Positions 51,068 to 64,000 of a stretch of 64,000 nucleotides of DNA are shown here, one piece after another; within the stretch, counting starts at the first letter, position 1, and each line of letters starts with the position of its first letter. The stretch is from the NCBI RefSeq assembly GCF_004010195.1, contig NC_057719.1, forward strand, positions 48,780,914 through 48,844,913. The letters are read 5' to 3'. This DNA is from Chiloscyllium plagiosum (lineage: Eukaryota). Both the position numbers and the translations under genes were made by a program. The notes under the pieces were generated by a model. It was not told the DNA's origin and ran no database searches. It saw only the letters and a program-made list of their open reading frames with translations.

Positions 51068-51739
51068 AAGAATTTTATTGTTTTTGATATCACTATCTTT
51101 TCCCATCTGTTGCCTGCATTATCCAGGGCCTGGGAAGATTCTGTCCAAACTTCTCAGTTTTCTCATCAGGGTGACAGTGGTGTAAATAATGTTCAGACTA
51201 CTATTTTCCCTACACATGGGAGATGTTACAGACATACCAAAATGACAGGCAGAAAAGGATTAACTGGCCCATCAAACCTGTACCACTATTGTGATATCTG
51301 GAGCACCATGATTAGACACTCCCTACTACCAACAACCATAGAATCTACAATGCAAGGAGTTTTAAAAAAAGTGAAGACTAATTACTGGGATGGGGAGGGG
51401 GGGGGGACATTGAAAACATTCTTCCCCACTCCCTTCAGGGGACTAATTGATCTTGCTAATATTACTTATGTTTCATCCATCTATAAAGACATGGGAATAG
51501 AAGATGAAATTAGTCCAAATCAGCCTCGCTATCCCTGGATTCATAACACAGTAAAGTTAAAACATTCAATGACTCTCAAAATCATTCAATTGTTCCTTAC
51601 CAGACTTTAAGAATAACAGATATCAGAAACCAAGTTTAAAACTGAACCAAAATTAATGTTTCATTATTAATAATGTAACTTCAGCAGAGAATAGATAAAC
51701 AAAAGGCAATTTATTTAACATCTATGACTAGCACGGAAC

Positions 51740-53330
51740 ATCTGCTGTTCAGACCCTTTGGTTAAACTCATCCATGCTGACCTGACATCCCAACCCAATC
51801 TAGTCTCATTTGCCAGCATTTGGCCCATATCCCGCTAAACCCTTCCTATTCATATATCTGTCCAGATGTCTTTTAAATGTTGTAATTATACCAGCCTCCA
51901 GCACTTCCTCTGGCAGCCCATTCCATACATGCACCACCCTTTGCGTGAAAAAGTTACCCCTTAGGTCTCTTTTATATCTTTCCCCTCTTAGTCTAAACCT
52001 ATGCCATCTAGGTCTGGACTCCCCAACCCCAGGGAGAAGGCTTTGTCTATTTATCCTATCCATGCCCCTCATGATTTTACAAACCTCTATAACATCACCC
52101 CTCAGCCTTCAAAACTCCAGGGAAAACAGCCCCAGCCTATTCATCAGTCTCTCCCTATAGCTTATATCCACCAACCCTAGCAACATCTTTGTAAACCTTT
52201 TCTGAACCTTTTCAAGTTTCACAACATTCTTCCGATAGGTAGGAGACCAGAATTGCACGCAATATTCCAAAAGTGGCCTAACCAATGTCCTGCACAGCCA
52301 CAACATGACCTCCCAAATCCAATACTCAGTGTTCTGACCAATCAAGGAAAGCATATCAAATGCCTTCTTCACTATCCTATCTACCTGCGACTCTACTTTC
52401 AAGAAGCTATGAACCTGCACTCCAAATCTCTTTGTTCAGCAACACTCTCTAGGACCCAACCATTAAGTGTATAAGTCCTGCTAAGATTTGCTTTCCCAAA
52501 ATGCAGCACCTCCCATTTATCTAAATTAAACTCCATCTGCCACTCCTCAGCCCATTGGCCCATCTGATCAACAGTCAAGAGTGTGGTGCTGGAAAAGCAC
52601 AGCAGGTCAGGCAGCATCCAAGGAGCAGGAAAATCAAAGTTCTGGGCCAAAATGTCAATTTTCCTGCTCCTCGGATGCTGCCTGACCTGCTGTGCTTTTC
52701 CAGCACCGCACTCTTGACTGTAATCTCTATCATCTACAGTCCTTACTTTTGCCATCTGATCAAAATCCCATTGCAATCTGAGGTGACCTTCTTCGCTGTC
52801 CACTACACCTCCAATTTTAGTGTCATCTGCAAACTTATTAACTATATCTCTTGTGCTCACATCCAAATCATTTATAAAATGACAAAAAGTAGTGGACTCA
52901 GCACCAATCCTTGTGGCACTCCAGTGGTCACAGGCCTCCAGTCTGAAAAACAACCCTCCACCACCATCATCTGTCTTCTACCTTTGAGCCAGTTCTGTAT
53001 CCAAGTGGCTAGTTCTGCCTGTATTCCATGAGATCTAAACTTGCTAAACAGTCTCCCATGGGGAACCTTGTCAAACGCCTGACTGAAGTCCATATAGATC
53101 ATGTCCACTGCTCTGCCCCCATCAATCCTCTTTGTTACTTTGTCAAGAAAACTCAATCAAGTTTGTGAGACATTATTTTCCATGTACAAAGCCATGTGGA
53201 CTATCACTAATCAGTCCTTGCCTTTCCAAATACGTGTAAATCCTGTCCCTCAGGATTCCCTCCAACAACTTGCCCACCACTGATGTTAGGCTCACCAGTC
53301 TCTCGTTCCCTGGCTTGTCCTTACCATCTA
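51740..53330 (-). mobile_element. HER1-like CR1 LINE (RT to 3' end), interrupted by a hairpin element
   Basis: IYMDFSQAFDKVPHGRL, GVPQG, INDLD..KFADDTKIGG, LVRPLLEYCVQFWSP. Confidence 0.95.
52572..52751. mobile_element. PLE-derived hairpin element
   Basis: Inverted arms. 12-bp TSD ccatctgatcaa (52560-52571 and 52752-52763) within the CR1. Confidence 0.9.
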
Positions 53331-53396
53331 AGTCCAACCATCTTCAACCAGAACGTTAACGCACACACATAGCAGTTAAGGGAGAGATTAAAAGGG

Positions 53397-53758
53397 TTGG
53401 CACAGTGTTCCAGTGATTAGCACTGCTGTCTCACAGCGCCAGGGACCCTGGTTCAATTCCAGCCTTGGGCAACTGTCTTTGTGGAAATTGCACATTCACC
53501 CCATGTCTACGTGGGTTTTGTCCAGTGCTCCGATTTCCTCCCACAGTCTAAAGATGTGCACGTTAGGGGGATTGTCCATGGTAAATTGCCTATAGTGTCC
53601 AGAGAATATGTAGGTTAGATGGATTGGCCATGGGAAATGTAGGATTACAGGGATAGGGTTGGGGGGGGGCGGTGGTGAATCTGGTTTGGATGCTCTTTGG
53701 AGAGTCAGTGTGGACTTGTCGGGCCAAATGGCCTTTTTCCACACTTATAAGGATTCTG
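53397..53758 (+). mobile_element. HE1-like V-SINE
   Basis: cagtgattagcactgctgtctcacagcgccagggaccctggttcaattcc head, V-domain and CR1-like tail. Confidence 0.88.
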
Positions 53759-54494
53759 TTTTAAAATTATAATTTGCCAGTTCAACAGTTTCATGATGGG
53801 TAGCAGACCTTCAGAAATCCTTATAGAATTGCTCATATACAAGTAAACTGTAGGTCTTGCTTGAATTCTGAAGTCGCCAATTTATGCAAACATGTCCAGT
53901 AGTCTTCCAGGATTATTGAGAAATTTCTTATGAAGAAATATTTTCTTATCAGAACAACCACTAACTCTGGTGAAAAACCAAACAGAGAGAGAGAACAAAA
54001 CACTGCACTACTACCCAGAAGCTAGATACACACTCATGGCTTCAGAACGTCAGTCAGAACTGGTTCACTTTTTTCCACTCTTTTACCAGCATTCTCTGTG
54101 CTTGGCTGGTCAGCACCAATCTGCCTATGATTGCTCTTCACCATACAACCAGTTGTCAGTTCTCAGCCATGAAGATCCTCGTGCTGAAATGTCTGTAGTG
54201 TTCCGAGCACAATAATTCACCTACAATCACTTTTCCAGGCCAGTTTCCAGAAATAAACATTGGTTTATTTACTCTTGTATTTTGCAAAACAATCTGCCAT
54301 TCAAAGCCTAAAGTACGATTCTCAACTTCAGCTCACAATTCCAAACCAAAAATGAGGAAAATAAAAATAATGCAATGTACCTCTCAACAAAGATATGATT
54401 TTCACCTCAGGCATTGAGAATTGAAAACATTTTATTTCTATAAACTGTTATATTTTAATCTTTCTTTTCACTTTCATCTACATCTACATACACA

Positions 54495-55445
54495 TCCGTG
54501 TAGCTCAGATGGTAGCAATAACACCTGTGAGTCAGAATGTTGTGGATTCAAGTCCTGTACTGCCACTTCAGTACAGTACTGAGAATGTATTGCACTGTTA
54601 GACGTGCTGTCTTTCAGATGTAATGTTAAACCGTGGTTCTGTCCACCCCCTTAGATGGATACAAAAGATGCTGTGACATTTTTTATGAAGAATTATTCCT
54701 GGTGTCCTGACCCCAATGTTTAGCCCTCAACAAATCAATAAACCAAAAGAACTGCGAATGCTGGAAATCAGAAACTATAAAAGAAATTTTATTGCTGGAA
54801 AAACTTAACTTGTCTGGCAGCATCTGCAGAGAAAAATCAGAGTTAACATTTCAGATCCAGTGACCCTTTTTTCAGACCATTCTAGTCCCTGGTCACTCTG
54901 ATTTCTCTCCACAGATACTGCCAAACCTGCTACGTTTTTCCAGCATTTACTCTTTTTTTAGTTTCTGATTTCTAGCATTCACAGTTCTTTCGTTTATTTG
55001 ATTTATTGTGATTTTGTTGAGGGATAAATATTGGGGTCAGGACACGAGGAATAATTCTTCATCAAAAATGTCACAGGCTTTTTTGTATCCACCTGAGAGG
55101 GTGGATAAAAATAGAAATTGCTGGAAGAACTCAGCAGATCTGACAGCATTTGTGGAGACAAATTAATTAAAGTTTCAGGGCCCAGTGACCCTTCTTCAGA
55201 ATACTCTGATTTCTCTCCACAGATGCTGTCAAATCTGCTGAGATTTTCCAGCAATTTCTATTTTTGTTCATAATAAATCGGTTGTTTATGCATTGCAGCA
55301 TATAGGAATTTGTTTTGTGCAAATTGGCTGCTATGTCTCCTGCTTTACAGGTGGTCTCACTTCAAATACAGTACTTCATTGTCTGTGAAATACTTTGGAA
55401 TAACTTATCGTCATGAAAGTGACAATAGAAATGAAAGATTCTTTT
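54495..55445 (+). mobile_element. Deu-domain SINE split by two hairpin elements (54739-55000, 55106-55268) and an inverted self-copy (55001-55105)
   Basis: Head tagctcagatggtagc...ggattcaagtcc and Deu core gctgtctttcagatg..atgttaaaccg. The 3' part resumes at about 55269. Confidence 0.75.
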
Positions 55446-57499
55446 CTTTTTAGAACTGATAAAGAATATCTTCATTTTGTTTTTTTTTTAAGAATTAAAC
55501 TAATATTACAGCTGGATGGAAAACTGCACATTGAGTGAGCAGTTGTCAAAACATAAAGAGATGTGTTTCATTCCAAGAATTTTTAAATGTTTTGAACAAG
55601 ACGTTCAATGAAAACTTTGTAGAAAGTTTTACAAAATGTACTACTGTTTCCTTCACCATACTGTGCCACTCTTGAAAATTCCAGAACAAAGCAAAAAACT
55701 GATAGCTAAATATGTTTTGCAGTACATTTTGAAATTATCCATTATAGCCTAGTGCTGAACATTATTTGTTGGACATTGTTTCTGTGCATTACTCTGCCCA
55801 AATCAAGGAATGTTCCACATTCATTCTAACACATTTAAGAAATTGTTTTAGCCTTCTTTTGGCAGAAATTGCTCACATTTTTGTGTTTACTATCTCAACA
55901 AACCTGAACAATGTGGGCTATGGTGAATCAATTGGGAAAATATGACAAGATTAGAAAAATCAGATTCCCATGTCAAAAAGGAAAGTCTGATTTTTCCAGC
56001 CAAGAATGGAATGACAAAATTAGAATCTCTCTAGTGAGAAGCAAGTGGTTCACTTGCATTCATTAACATCTTGTTATTACCTAATCTCATCTTATTTATA
56101 TGCAGTTTGCTGTTCAGGGTGGAGAGAGACTGGACAGTAACAATACCCAATGTGAAAGTCTGAGGGGTACCTGGCAGCTCCAGCTCTCCACTTGTTCCTC
56201 TCAGCCTTCATCTTGACCAACAGTCACCAACAATTCAAGATACACTCCATGACTAATGGCTGCCTGCAAGCTCTGTTCAAGGTGGTCAATATTCAACACA
56301 CTCCATCATCATGGCTCATTACTGATTCACATTGAATATACACTTTAGAGCTCATGGCACTTTTCATTGCAATGCTGCTTGTGAGATGTGTTACATTTGG
56401 AGACAGCGCAATGCAACGGGGTGCACCTGAGGCCTTTCCACTTGTATTCTTAGCTTACTTGTGCTTATTGTGCTTACTTGGATGCTGACGCCATCTTTGC
56501 CTTGCCTTTTTGCTCATTGCTACATCGTTCAGAATGTACAGGTTTGCAATGCTTTGGTCTTGCTGTGTGCCAGCAGCCAGCACACTTGATGGCACTTCAA
56601 CCAATGGTCATGTCTCAAAACGGGTCTCACTCAGATTGAGGGGGTCTGTTGTCAGTGAAGGGGCTGCTGACACAGACAATGAGGGAGTACCGCACCTGAT
56701 CTTGGTCCAGGGGCTTGGACACATCAGTCAGCTGCTTGAGATGAACAGAATTAAGGATTCCATAATGCTGCAGTCAACAGTCAGTCTGGAAGTCCAGTGC
56801 AACCAGTCAGGAGCTGCACAGAGACCAGTCAGATGGAACTGTCCTTCCAAGTTGGTCAGTGGGAATTGAGTTATGGTCAGTCCTCTGGGCCTATTCACTG
56901 AATATCAAAAGGGTTGTTAGGGGCTGTTAGGGCCTGTAATTATGAAGGAGGCAACTCGACATACAAAGATTGGAACTGATACAGCATGGGTTAATGTGGG
57001 AGAGTATGGAGGAAAGGTCATTGATGGACACCACAGCCTGGCTTTGGTGTGAAGAGCAGTGCAAGACAAGGCATGATTAAGCAGTACACCAAGAGCTCGG
57101 AAAGTAAAGTAGAGTGATGAAGTAAATGGAAGAGTTGGAAGGAAACGTGCAAAAGCTCAAACCTGATGGGGTCATCAAAGCTTTGCAAAGAAGCAGAGGG
57201 ATTCAGGCTGGAGGGACGGGGAGGTCTACTCGGTTAACAGGCTGAGACTGTGACTTACTCTGCTGAGCACAATGCATGTTGCCTTTAATCCTCCTGAATA
57301 GCAAATGTGCAACATAAATGAAAAGTGGCTGCCACCAGCCTCTGAGAGGGCAGGCTAAATGTCTTTTTCTGTCTGAAGATGTAGGTTATAGTGAGGTCCT
57401 TCAAGATTGCATTAATTGAGCACTTACGCAGTACCTACTGAAAACACAGAAGTCTGTACATGAGCCTCATGCAGTAACTAGCTATCAAATACAAATTCT

Positions 57500-57615
57500 A
57501 GTGGGTACTATGGTGCAGTGGTAGTGTTCCTACCCTTGAGCCAGGAGTCTCAGATTCATTTCCACCTGCAGCAGAGATATGTAAAACCATCTCTGAGCAA
57601 GTTGATTAGAAAATG
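57500..57615 (+). mobile_element. Short tRNA-derived SINE
   Basis: tggtgcagtggtagtgttcctacc head. Homolog of 37183-37292. Confidence 0.65.
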
Positions 57616-58052
57616 TCTCAAATCCAAATCCTGGCCACAAGCAATTGTGGCCATATCATTAATGAAGTTCAAATAATCACAAGCGATATTCATAGTGTCA
57701 CCTATGGGCCACAGTGGAGCTGATTCCTCTCACCTTGAACTGTAAGTATTTGACAACATGTTTCAATATGCAATATTGGGAGTAAGGGAGGACATCTTTT
57801 CAGTAATCCTACTGGATTTATAATCATCTACTGTGTTTGCATGATATGGTTTATGCTGCATACATCAGAATAAAGTCCACTATGTTAAAGGTCCATGTAT
57901 AGACATCACATGACCCTCCTTGTCAGAATCCTCCATTCCCCACTGTATGCTAAACTGTCATTTGTAATTGATGAAAATATTGATTGCTCACAGTCCTAAG
58001 GACCTGTTCTGTTTCTAATCTTCCCCACATAGGTTTGTTAGAACAGTAACTA

Positions 58053-59205
58053 ATGGATCCAGCCACAGAAATAGCTATTGTCACCTTGGCCATGGTGCAA
58101 CGAAGGCACAGAGAAATTGAGGAGAAACAATTGCATTAGAAAGATCAAGACCAACAGCAATTTGCCAAACACCCTCCGCGGGAAGAAATTAAACATAAAG
58201 GTCACCTCAGGATGCAGCTTAGGTATAGGAGATACAATCTCTGCTGTTCTTGATGCCATTTCCTCGATGTGAATAAGGTGCAGTATCTCCACAGCCTGGG
58301 GATGTCCTTGCACATCATCGCAGAACTTTGCATCAGCTGGCGCAGGACTAGTGAACTGAAATCTAGCCAAATGATTGTCAATATGATAACTGCACTGCAT
58401 TTTTAGGCAATAGGCTCCTTCCAGGGATGCGCCATGGACTGTGTGAGATCTCTCAATCATCCATCCACAAATGTACCAAGTCTGTCACAGAGTGTAATTT
58501 GTGCCAATCACACCTCCTGTTCTCGTTTCGCTGTGAAATATTGCAGCCTGAGCAGGAAGCTCTGGCAAACACAGCTGGCCTTCTCTGGAACAGAGCACTT
58601 TCGACAGTACACACATCACATTGAGGGGGCCATATCATTACTAGATGACTTCATCAAAAGAAAAAGCTTCCATTCAGTAAATGAACATCTTAGATGCCTG
58701 CGCCAAATACTTTGCCGGTTGCCATGATGCTTATATCCTTGCTAACACTCAGGTTCCTGCTTCATTTCAAAGGCCAGATGTCTTACAAGGATAGTTACTG
58801 GGAGACAAAGGCTGTGCTCTGCAACCATGGCTGATGACTCCTCTACACAACCTCCTGACTGGGGCCAAATGTAGACAAAATGTAGCCCATTCTTCCACCA
58901 GGACCATTACGGAACAGATGATAGGCTTGATAAAGAAAAGGTTCCAATAGTTGGGTCAGTCTGGAGAAGCCTTATGGTACAGTCCAAACAGTGTGCTACA
59001 TAATACATTCATGCTGCAGTCTGCACAACTGGAGCAGCCTAAGAGAGGATGCGTTGTACGCTGGACAGCGAGGAGAGTGGCACAGCTTACTGAGGAAGAA
59101 GATGAGGACATTGAGTAGGAGAAAGATCACCTTCAATCCGATAGAGAAGTACAACTTCAGACATAACAAGTCAGGCAGGAATTCAATTAAACCTGCTTTG
59201 AATAG
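58053..59205 (+). mobile_element. Harbinger/PIF DDE transposase remnant (HARBI1-like family), near full length but decayed
   Basis: GSFQG..LCEISQSSIHKC, FIKRKSFHSVN, CHDAYIL, LLGDKGCALQPWLMTP, AHSSTRTITEQMIGLIKKRF. Stops and frameshifts throughout. Confidence 0.9.
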
Positions 59206-60009
59206 ACGTGTGTTTGGTGAGAGCATCATTCACTAAGTGTATGTTTGTTGCTGGTTGCAATGTAAGCATCCCTGGTTCATAAGAAGCAAATTATTTGACT
59301 GGTTTTCTTTAGTTTTCCTATTATTCAATAGAAGTTAATATTTTCAACTGATTGAAAGCTTTAGCTCCCATATTGAACAATGACAAGATGTTATTGTTAT
59401 GGTTGGGCATTAGGGAAAGAGTAGCATCCTTCAGGCAGAGATCTAACATGGTCTGGTGTTTAGGGCAGGTAGCCAGTGTAGCTTCATATTTGAGGTTGTA
59501 CTCACTATGACAGTCCATTTGATGGTGATGATGTAAAATTTAGAATTGTGAGCTTTTATCCCAACGAAGCATCACTATGTGCCCTTAAAAGCTTTTCTTT
59601 TTCATTGCCCTCTGACAATACGTACTGTAAAAGGCTATTCCTGGCTGGCAGCTTTTGACAAAATGCGCACTGGGATTGAGATATAGTGCTGTCAGAATCT
59701 CCTGACAGTGGTGACCACATCCATCATTGCTGGGAAGCACACGATAGCATAGAATCAGTATCATCATGTTGTGGTAAAACTGGGTGAGGTTCGCAGCAGC
59801 GAACTGCATGAGATAACACTAGATTCATAGAGAGAAACTCTCTACGAAATGCCCAAAAAATTATACAAAGCCAATTTTGGTACAATTCAGCCCCAGGTCT
59901 ATTTCCTCTCTTACAGTATGTGATAGCAACAAGACTTGAATCTTTCATCCATTCTGTCCCCACAGACAATCTTAGCATTTGAACTTAATCAGAAAGTAGT
60001 GCTGAAAAA

Positions 60010-60295
60010 CATAGAATGTCTCCGGTGTCAAAGCGGGCTATTCAGCCTGTCGAGTCCACATGGACCCACCAAAGAGCAACCCATCCAACCCCTGTAACCC
60101 TACACTTTAACATGTCCAATCCAGCTAAGTTGCACATTTTTGAATCATAGGAGAGAACTGGAGCACCTGAAGGAAAGCCTTGCAGACACAGAAAGAATGA
60201 GCAAGCTCCACACAGACAATCATCCGAGGTTAGAATTGAACCTAGTAGCTGACACAATAAGACAGCAGTGCTAACCACTGTACCACCGTGTCACC
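60010..60295 (-). mobile_element. HE1-like V-SINE, older
   Basis: cagcagtgctaaccactgtaccaccgtg head and degenerate V-domain. Confidence 0.8.
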
Positions 60296-62449
60296 ATGCC
60301 ACCCCTATCAGAATATCAGATTGCAGTTCACAAAATGATGGTAGATAATAAAGTGACATAGTTTCCTACACTATTGTGGCATCAGTGAATAACACTTCAA
60401 ACCAAAGAATAAATCTTGCTGCAACTGACTGATATCATAGGCCCATTCTCTGTAAGATGTCAACAGTCTTTCTTGCCAATTAGTGCTTGCACTATTACCA
60501 GTTACTGAGTTTCTCTTTTGTTTTTTATATGCACTCAGCAGTTCTTTGTTGCTGAAAATATGAACAATGTGAAGGAAGAAAATCATACTGCTTATCAAAT
60601 AGATTGAATTTCATGGGTAAGTGTAACTTCTAAAACCTGCATCCTGTTGGTCAATAAATTGCTACCTAATTACAGTGCATTGTTTTTTAGATATTACCTC
60701 TTTCTGAGTTAAATTTTTAATCTGGAAACCAATGAAATATAAATGATTATCACTGAGCATTCAACTATTTAACATGGCAGTATTTGTCTTTCAGTGTCAC
60801 TTTAGCAATACCAATACTTTATATTAAACAGAAGTGCTATGTAGCATGTTCATGTCTTTTCATTGTCGGATATGGTCAATCTTAACATCATTATCCACTC
60901 ACCAACACAAAGTGAATTTACAATTTACATATCATTCTTATCAGATTAAGTGGCAAGATTTCAAAGAATTATCCATGTCACTTTCCTCATTATTCAGACA
61001 TATGTGAGTAATGTTTTCCATAGATTGGTTTTGCAAAGCACATATCAGAAAGCAAAGCAACGCTTCATCACCACTGCCGCCCTGCCCCCAACCCCAACCC
61101 CAACCCTCAGCACTTTCACCTGTCTGTTATTCCAGGGCTGACTGATAATGACCCCTCAATGCTCAGAGAATAATGTTTCCCCTGAAACACCATTAATAAG
61201 GTACCAGATTCTGTGGTGGCATTGACACACCTGGGACATGCAATATTCACCGTAAGTATATCTTAATGAAATCCCTGGACTCTCTGTGACCCACCCACAG
61301 TGTCCATTCTTTGCTTATTTCTGTATAGAGGGTGACACCTGTGACTTTTATGAAGGAAGGAGTTGGAGTCTTTACACACTGCTGATTCATTGCAGTCTGC
61401 AAGCAGAATCATGTGCTCCTTGTATCTCCCAATACAGACCTGGTTTCAACACCACACTAATGAAATGCTTATCAGACCTTTGAATTTTATGCGGGTACCT
61501 GAGCTGTTTGAGCAGATGGCTGATTCACATTGGGGTGGACAAATTGTTTTTCACTGTAGACAATAGTATTCCCAGGGTACTGAAAATGAATTAACAATGC
61601 AACCAAATAAGTTGTCAAAATTTCAACACGCTGAAGTTTGCAACCAGTAGAGGGCATTGCTGACAAGTGATTTGCTAGCAATATTAACCTGTTTTTTTTT
61701 AAAAATGTTGGGTACTGCAGATTTGTGGTAGCACGTCTTGCATACTTTTTTTTCATTCATGTGTGTGAGTTGAAAGAAAACCTGTGGATAACTATCTTTT
61801 TTTAAGTTGCATCATGCAAATAATCCTTAGTCTTTTATTTATTGTACCCGCATGGTCACGTTTTGAATGAACAATATTTCACAGACTATTCAGCAAGCAA
61901 TGTGGAATTTTAACTGGATTTACAAAAATCCTGTTTTTTAAAAAAGTCAGTAATCTGTTTGACAAAGAGGTAGTTACATGGATACAAAACTCTGTTTGGG
62001 GCATTCACTAAACCATTATCTATTTTAGTATGTTTCACTAACTCAATTTACATCAACTTGCAGGATTATTAGACATTTAATTCTAATAATATTGAGTTAG
62101 TAAAATGTAACAAATGATTATACAATGATGTGTACCAGTAGACAGTGGAATCTATCACAGGGTCTGCCTCACCATGTAATTCAAACACAATTAAATCTGT
62201 TCTGCACCATTTATGTCATACGTCATCACGTAGGTCGTAAGAACTGTCTACTTCATTATTTTGATTTGGTTTTAAAGTGCCAAACACTGGATTGGATATA
62301 TATCTAATAGAAAATATGTTTGTCACACTGCCTGGCTTGATTTTTAAAATGAACAGCAGTACATAAAGGATTAATAATATATTAGAATAGTGCTGATGTG
62401 CCTAATTCAGTAAAATATCTGTGTTTCTTCTAATTATTTATTGGAAGCC

Positions 62450-62700
62450 AGTGGCCTAGTGATATTATCATGAGACTATTAATCCAGAAACTCGGCTAAT
62501 GTTCTGGGGACCCAGGTTCACCCATTTGGTTCACTAATGTCCTTTAGGGAAGGAAATTTGTCATTCTTACCTGCCTGGCCCATATATGACTCCAGATCCA
62601 CAGCAATGTGGTTGCTAGTCAACTGCCCTCTGGGTAAGTAGGTAAGGGTAATAAATGCTGGCCTAGCCAGAAGCACCCACATCCCATGAGTGGATTTTAA
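62450..62700 (+). mobile_element. tRNA-derived SINE with LINE family A-like tail
   Basis: gtggcctagtg..attatc head and tail aataaatgctggcctagccag..gcacccacatcccatga. Confidence 0.8.
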
Positions 62701-63294
62701 AAAAAAATTGGAATTATGATGTTGCAATTACATTTCTAAAATTTGTCAGCAGTGCAGATTTACACAAAAATAAATTCATCTATTCTGTGTTTACTGTCCT
62801 GCCTTCCAAAAGATATTGTTGACTCTTGTTAGGGTGTAGTTCAATGTGCCCTCACCATGAAATACCTCACCCACATAACCATTCTCCATGTGCTCTCTTT
62901 ATTTTGAATGCCACCAGATTGTTGAGCAATGAATGAATCAGGGATAAACACAATCCAACTTTCATTCAATGATTACACTTGCTAAGTTCCAGCACAGATC
63001 ACTATTTAACTTTTTCAGAGCTCAGGGTTGCTGAGATCAGTTTAAGCATTTGCAAATGCTTAGAGTTTAACAAAAGTCATACCTATATTAATTCACTTAA
63101 GATGATTATTCCTTGTCTGCTCTTAAGTATTGAGCTATATGGATTCATTTTTCCTTCCTGTGTTGATCTACCTGTTTCTTCCTTGAAGTGGATTGGTCTT
63201 CAAAAAGAAGATATTGTGCACATCAAGTTTCATGATGGGACCACATGGTGAACAGTTTTCAATCAGAAAATGCTTCAATAATCAGAATTAGAAT

Positions 63295-63800
63295 AACAAC
63301 AAAAGCCTCAAATAGTAGAATAGTAGATCAAGGCAAGGTAGTAGATGCAATATATTTGGATTTTCAAAAAGTTTTGAGAAGTGCCTCACTTATGCTTAGG
63401 ATCAGAGCATGTGGGGTTGGGTTTAACAGTTTCCCTGCTGACAGGTTTGGAAGCAGGAGCACATTAAATCCATCAGGTGATCTGCCTATTGACACACTGC
63501 CCCTTCACAATCTTACCAGTAGCAGCATTGGTTCAAGGCAACCTGTCTATCATTGATCCAATTGTAGCCCTTAAGTGTTTAAGTACAGTAATATACTGTA
63601 TAAGAGATAGTCACTGGGAAATCCAATAGGGAATTCAGGAGAAACGTCTTTACAGAAGGTGTGGCTAGAAATTGGTGTTGGTGTGATTTGCATGGATGTA
63701 TTTTAGGGTACACTGAATGAACACATAAGACAGAAGGAAATAAGATACTTTGATGGAGAAGACATATATAAAACATTAACATTGACATGTCCCTGTTAGC
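63295..63800 (+). mobile_element. CR1 fragments
   Basis: RIVDQGKVVDAIYLDFQK RT motif, plus a separate 3' fragment from about 63600 (EFRRNVFT). Confidence 0.65.
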
Positions 63801-64000
63801 TAAATGCTATGCTAAGCATGTAGGGAAAAGGTCAGGAAGGTTACTTGATGTCTGATCAGAGGGAAACTTTGAGGATGGTTTTGAAGGAGTGGAAAGAGAT
63901 AGCAAAGTTGAGAAAAAGAAGCTGAGGATGGGACTAAAGCAGTTAAATTGTCTGCAATCAAAACTAGTACAGAAAGGTGATGAATAGAAAATCAGAGTCA

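Noticed and set aside
50978..51610. 210-aa ORF
   Set aside because: Spans a PLE-derived insert, unique DNA and other repeat-like sequence. No recognisable protein motif.
58053..59205. Host HARBI1 gene
   Set aside because: Multiple stops and frameshifts, plus a second similar fossil in the window, indicate transposon copies rather than the domesticated gene.
1..64000. Novel multi-gene biological system
   Set aside because: No intact non-TE coding sequence was found. The unusual features are retroelement architecture and candidate regulatory DNA.

Overview
This is eukaryotic, AT-rich, CpG-depleted DNA with no recognisable intact host protein-coding gene. It reads as a large intron or gene desert. 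The repeat content points to a cartilaginous fish, most likely a shark (inference, no search run): HE1-like V-SINEs, HER1-like CR1 LINEs, Deu-domain SINEs, Penelope-like elements (PLEs), Rex1/Babar, L2 and Harbinger remnants. A large share of the window is decayed transposons, and the long ORFs that resemble known proteins are TE fragments or chimeras across TE junctions. The TE-poor blocks (1-4040 and about 31360-34440) hold CpG-retaining, motif-dense segments that look like conserved non-coding enhancers (best: 2690-3400 and 33380-33870). Four kinds of structure stand out. (1) Three separate PLE-derived families carry hammerhead-ribozyme core motifs, including a ~200-bp hairpin non-autonomous family with 10-17 bp target-site duplications (TSDs). 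(2) Two ~140-bp locally templated insertions occur, one fused to a SINE/CR1 3' tail. (3) A ~465-bp palindrome is made of host flank duplicated in inverted orientation around a hairpin element. (4) A hairpin+CR1 chimera sits inside a single TSD. I found no evidence for a novel gene-encoded system. Family names come from recognition of motifs, and boundaries of old repeats are approximate (about +/-30 bp).
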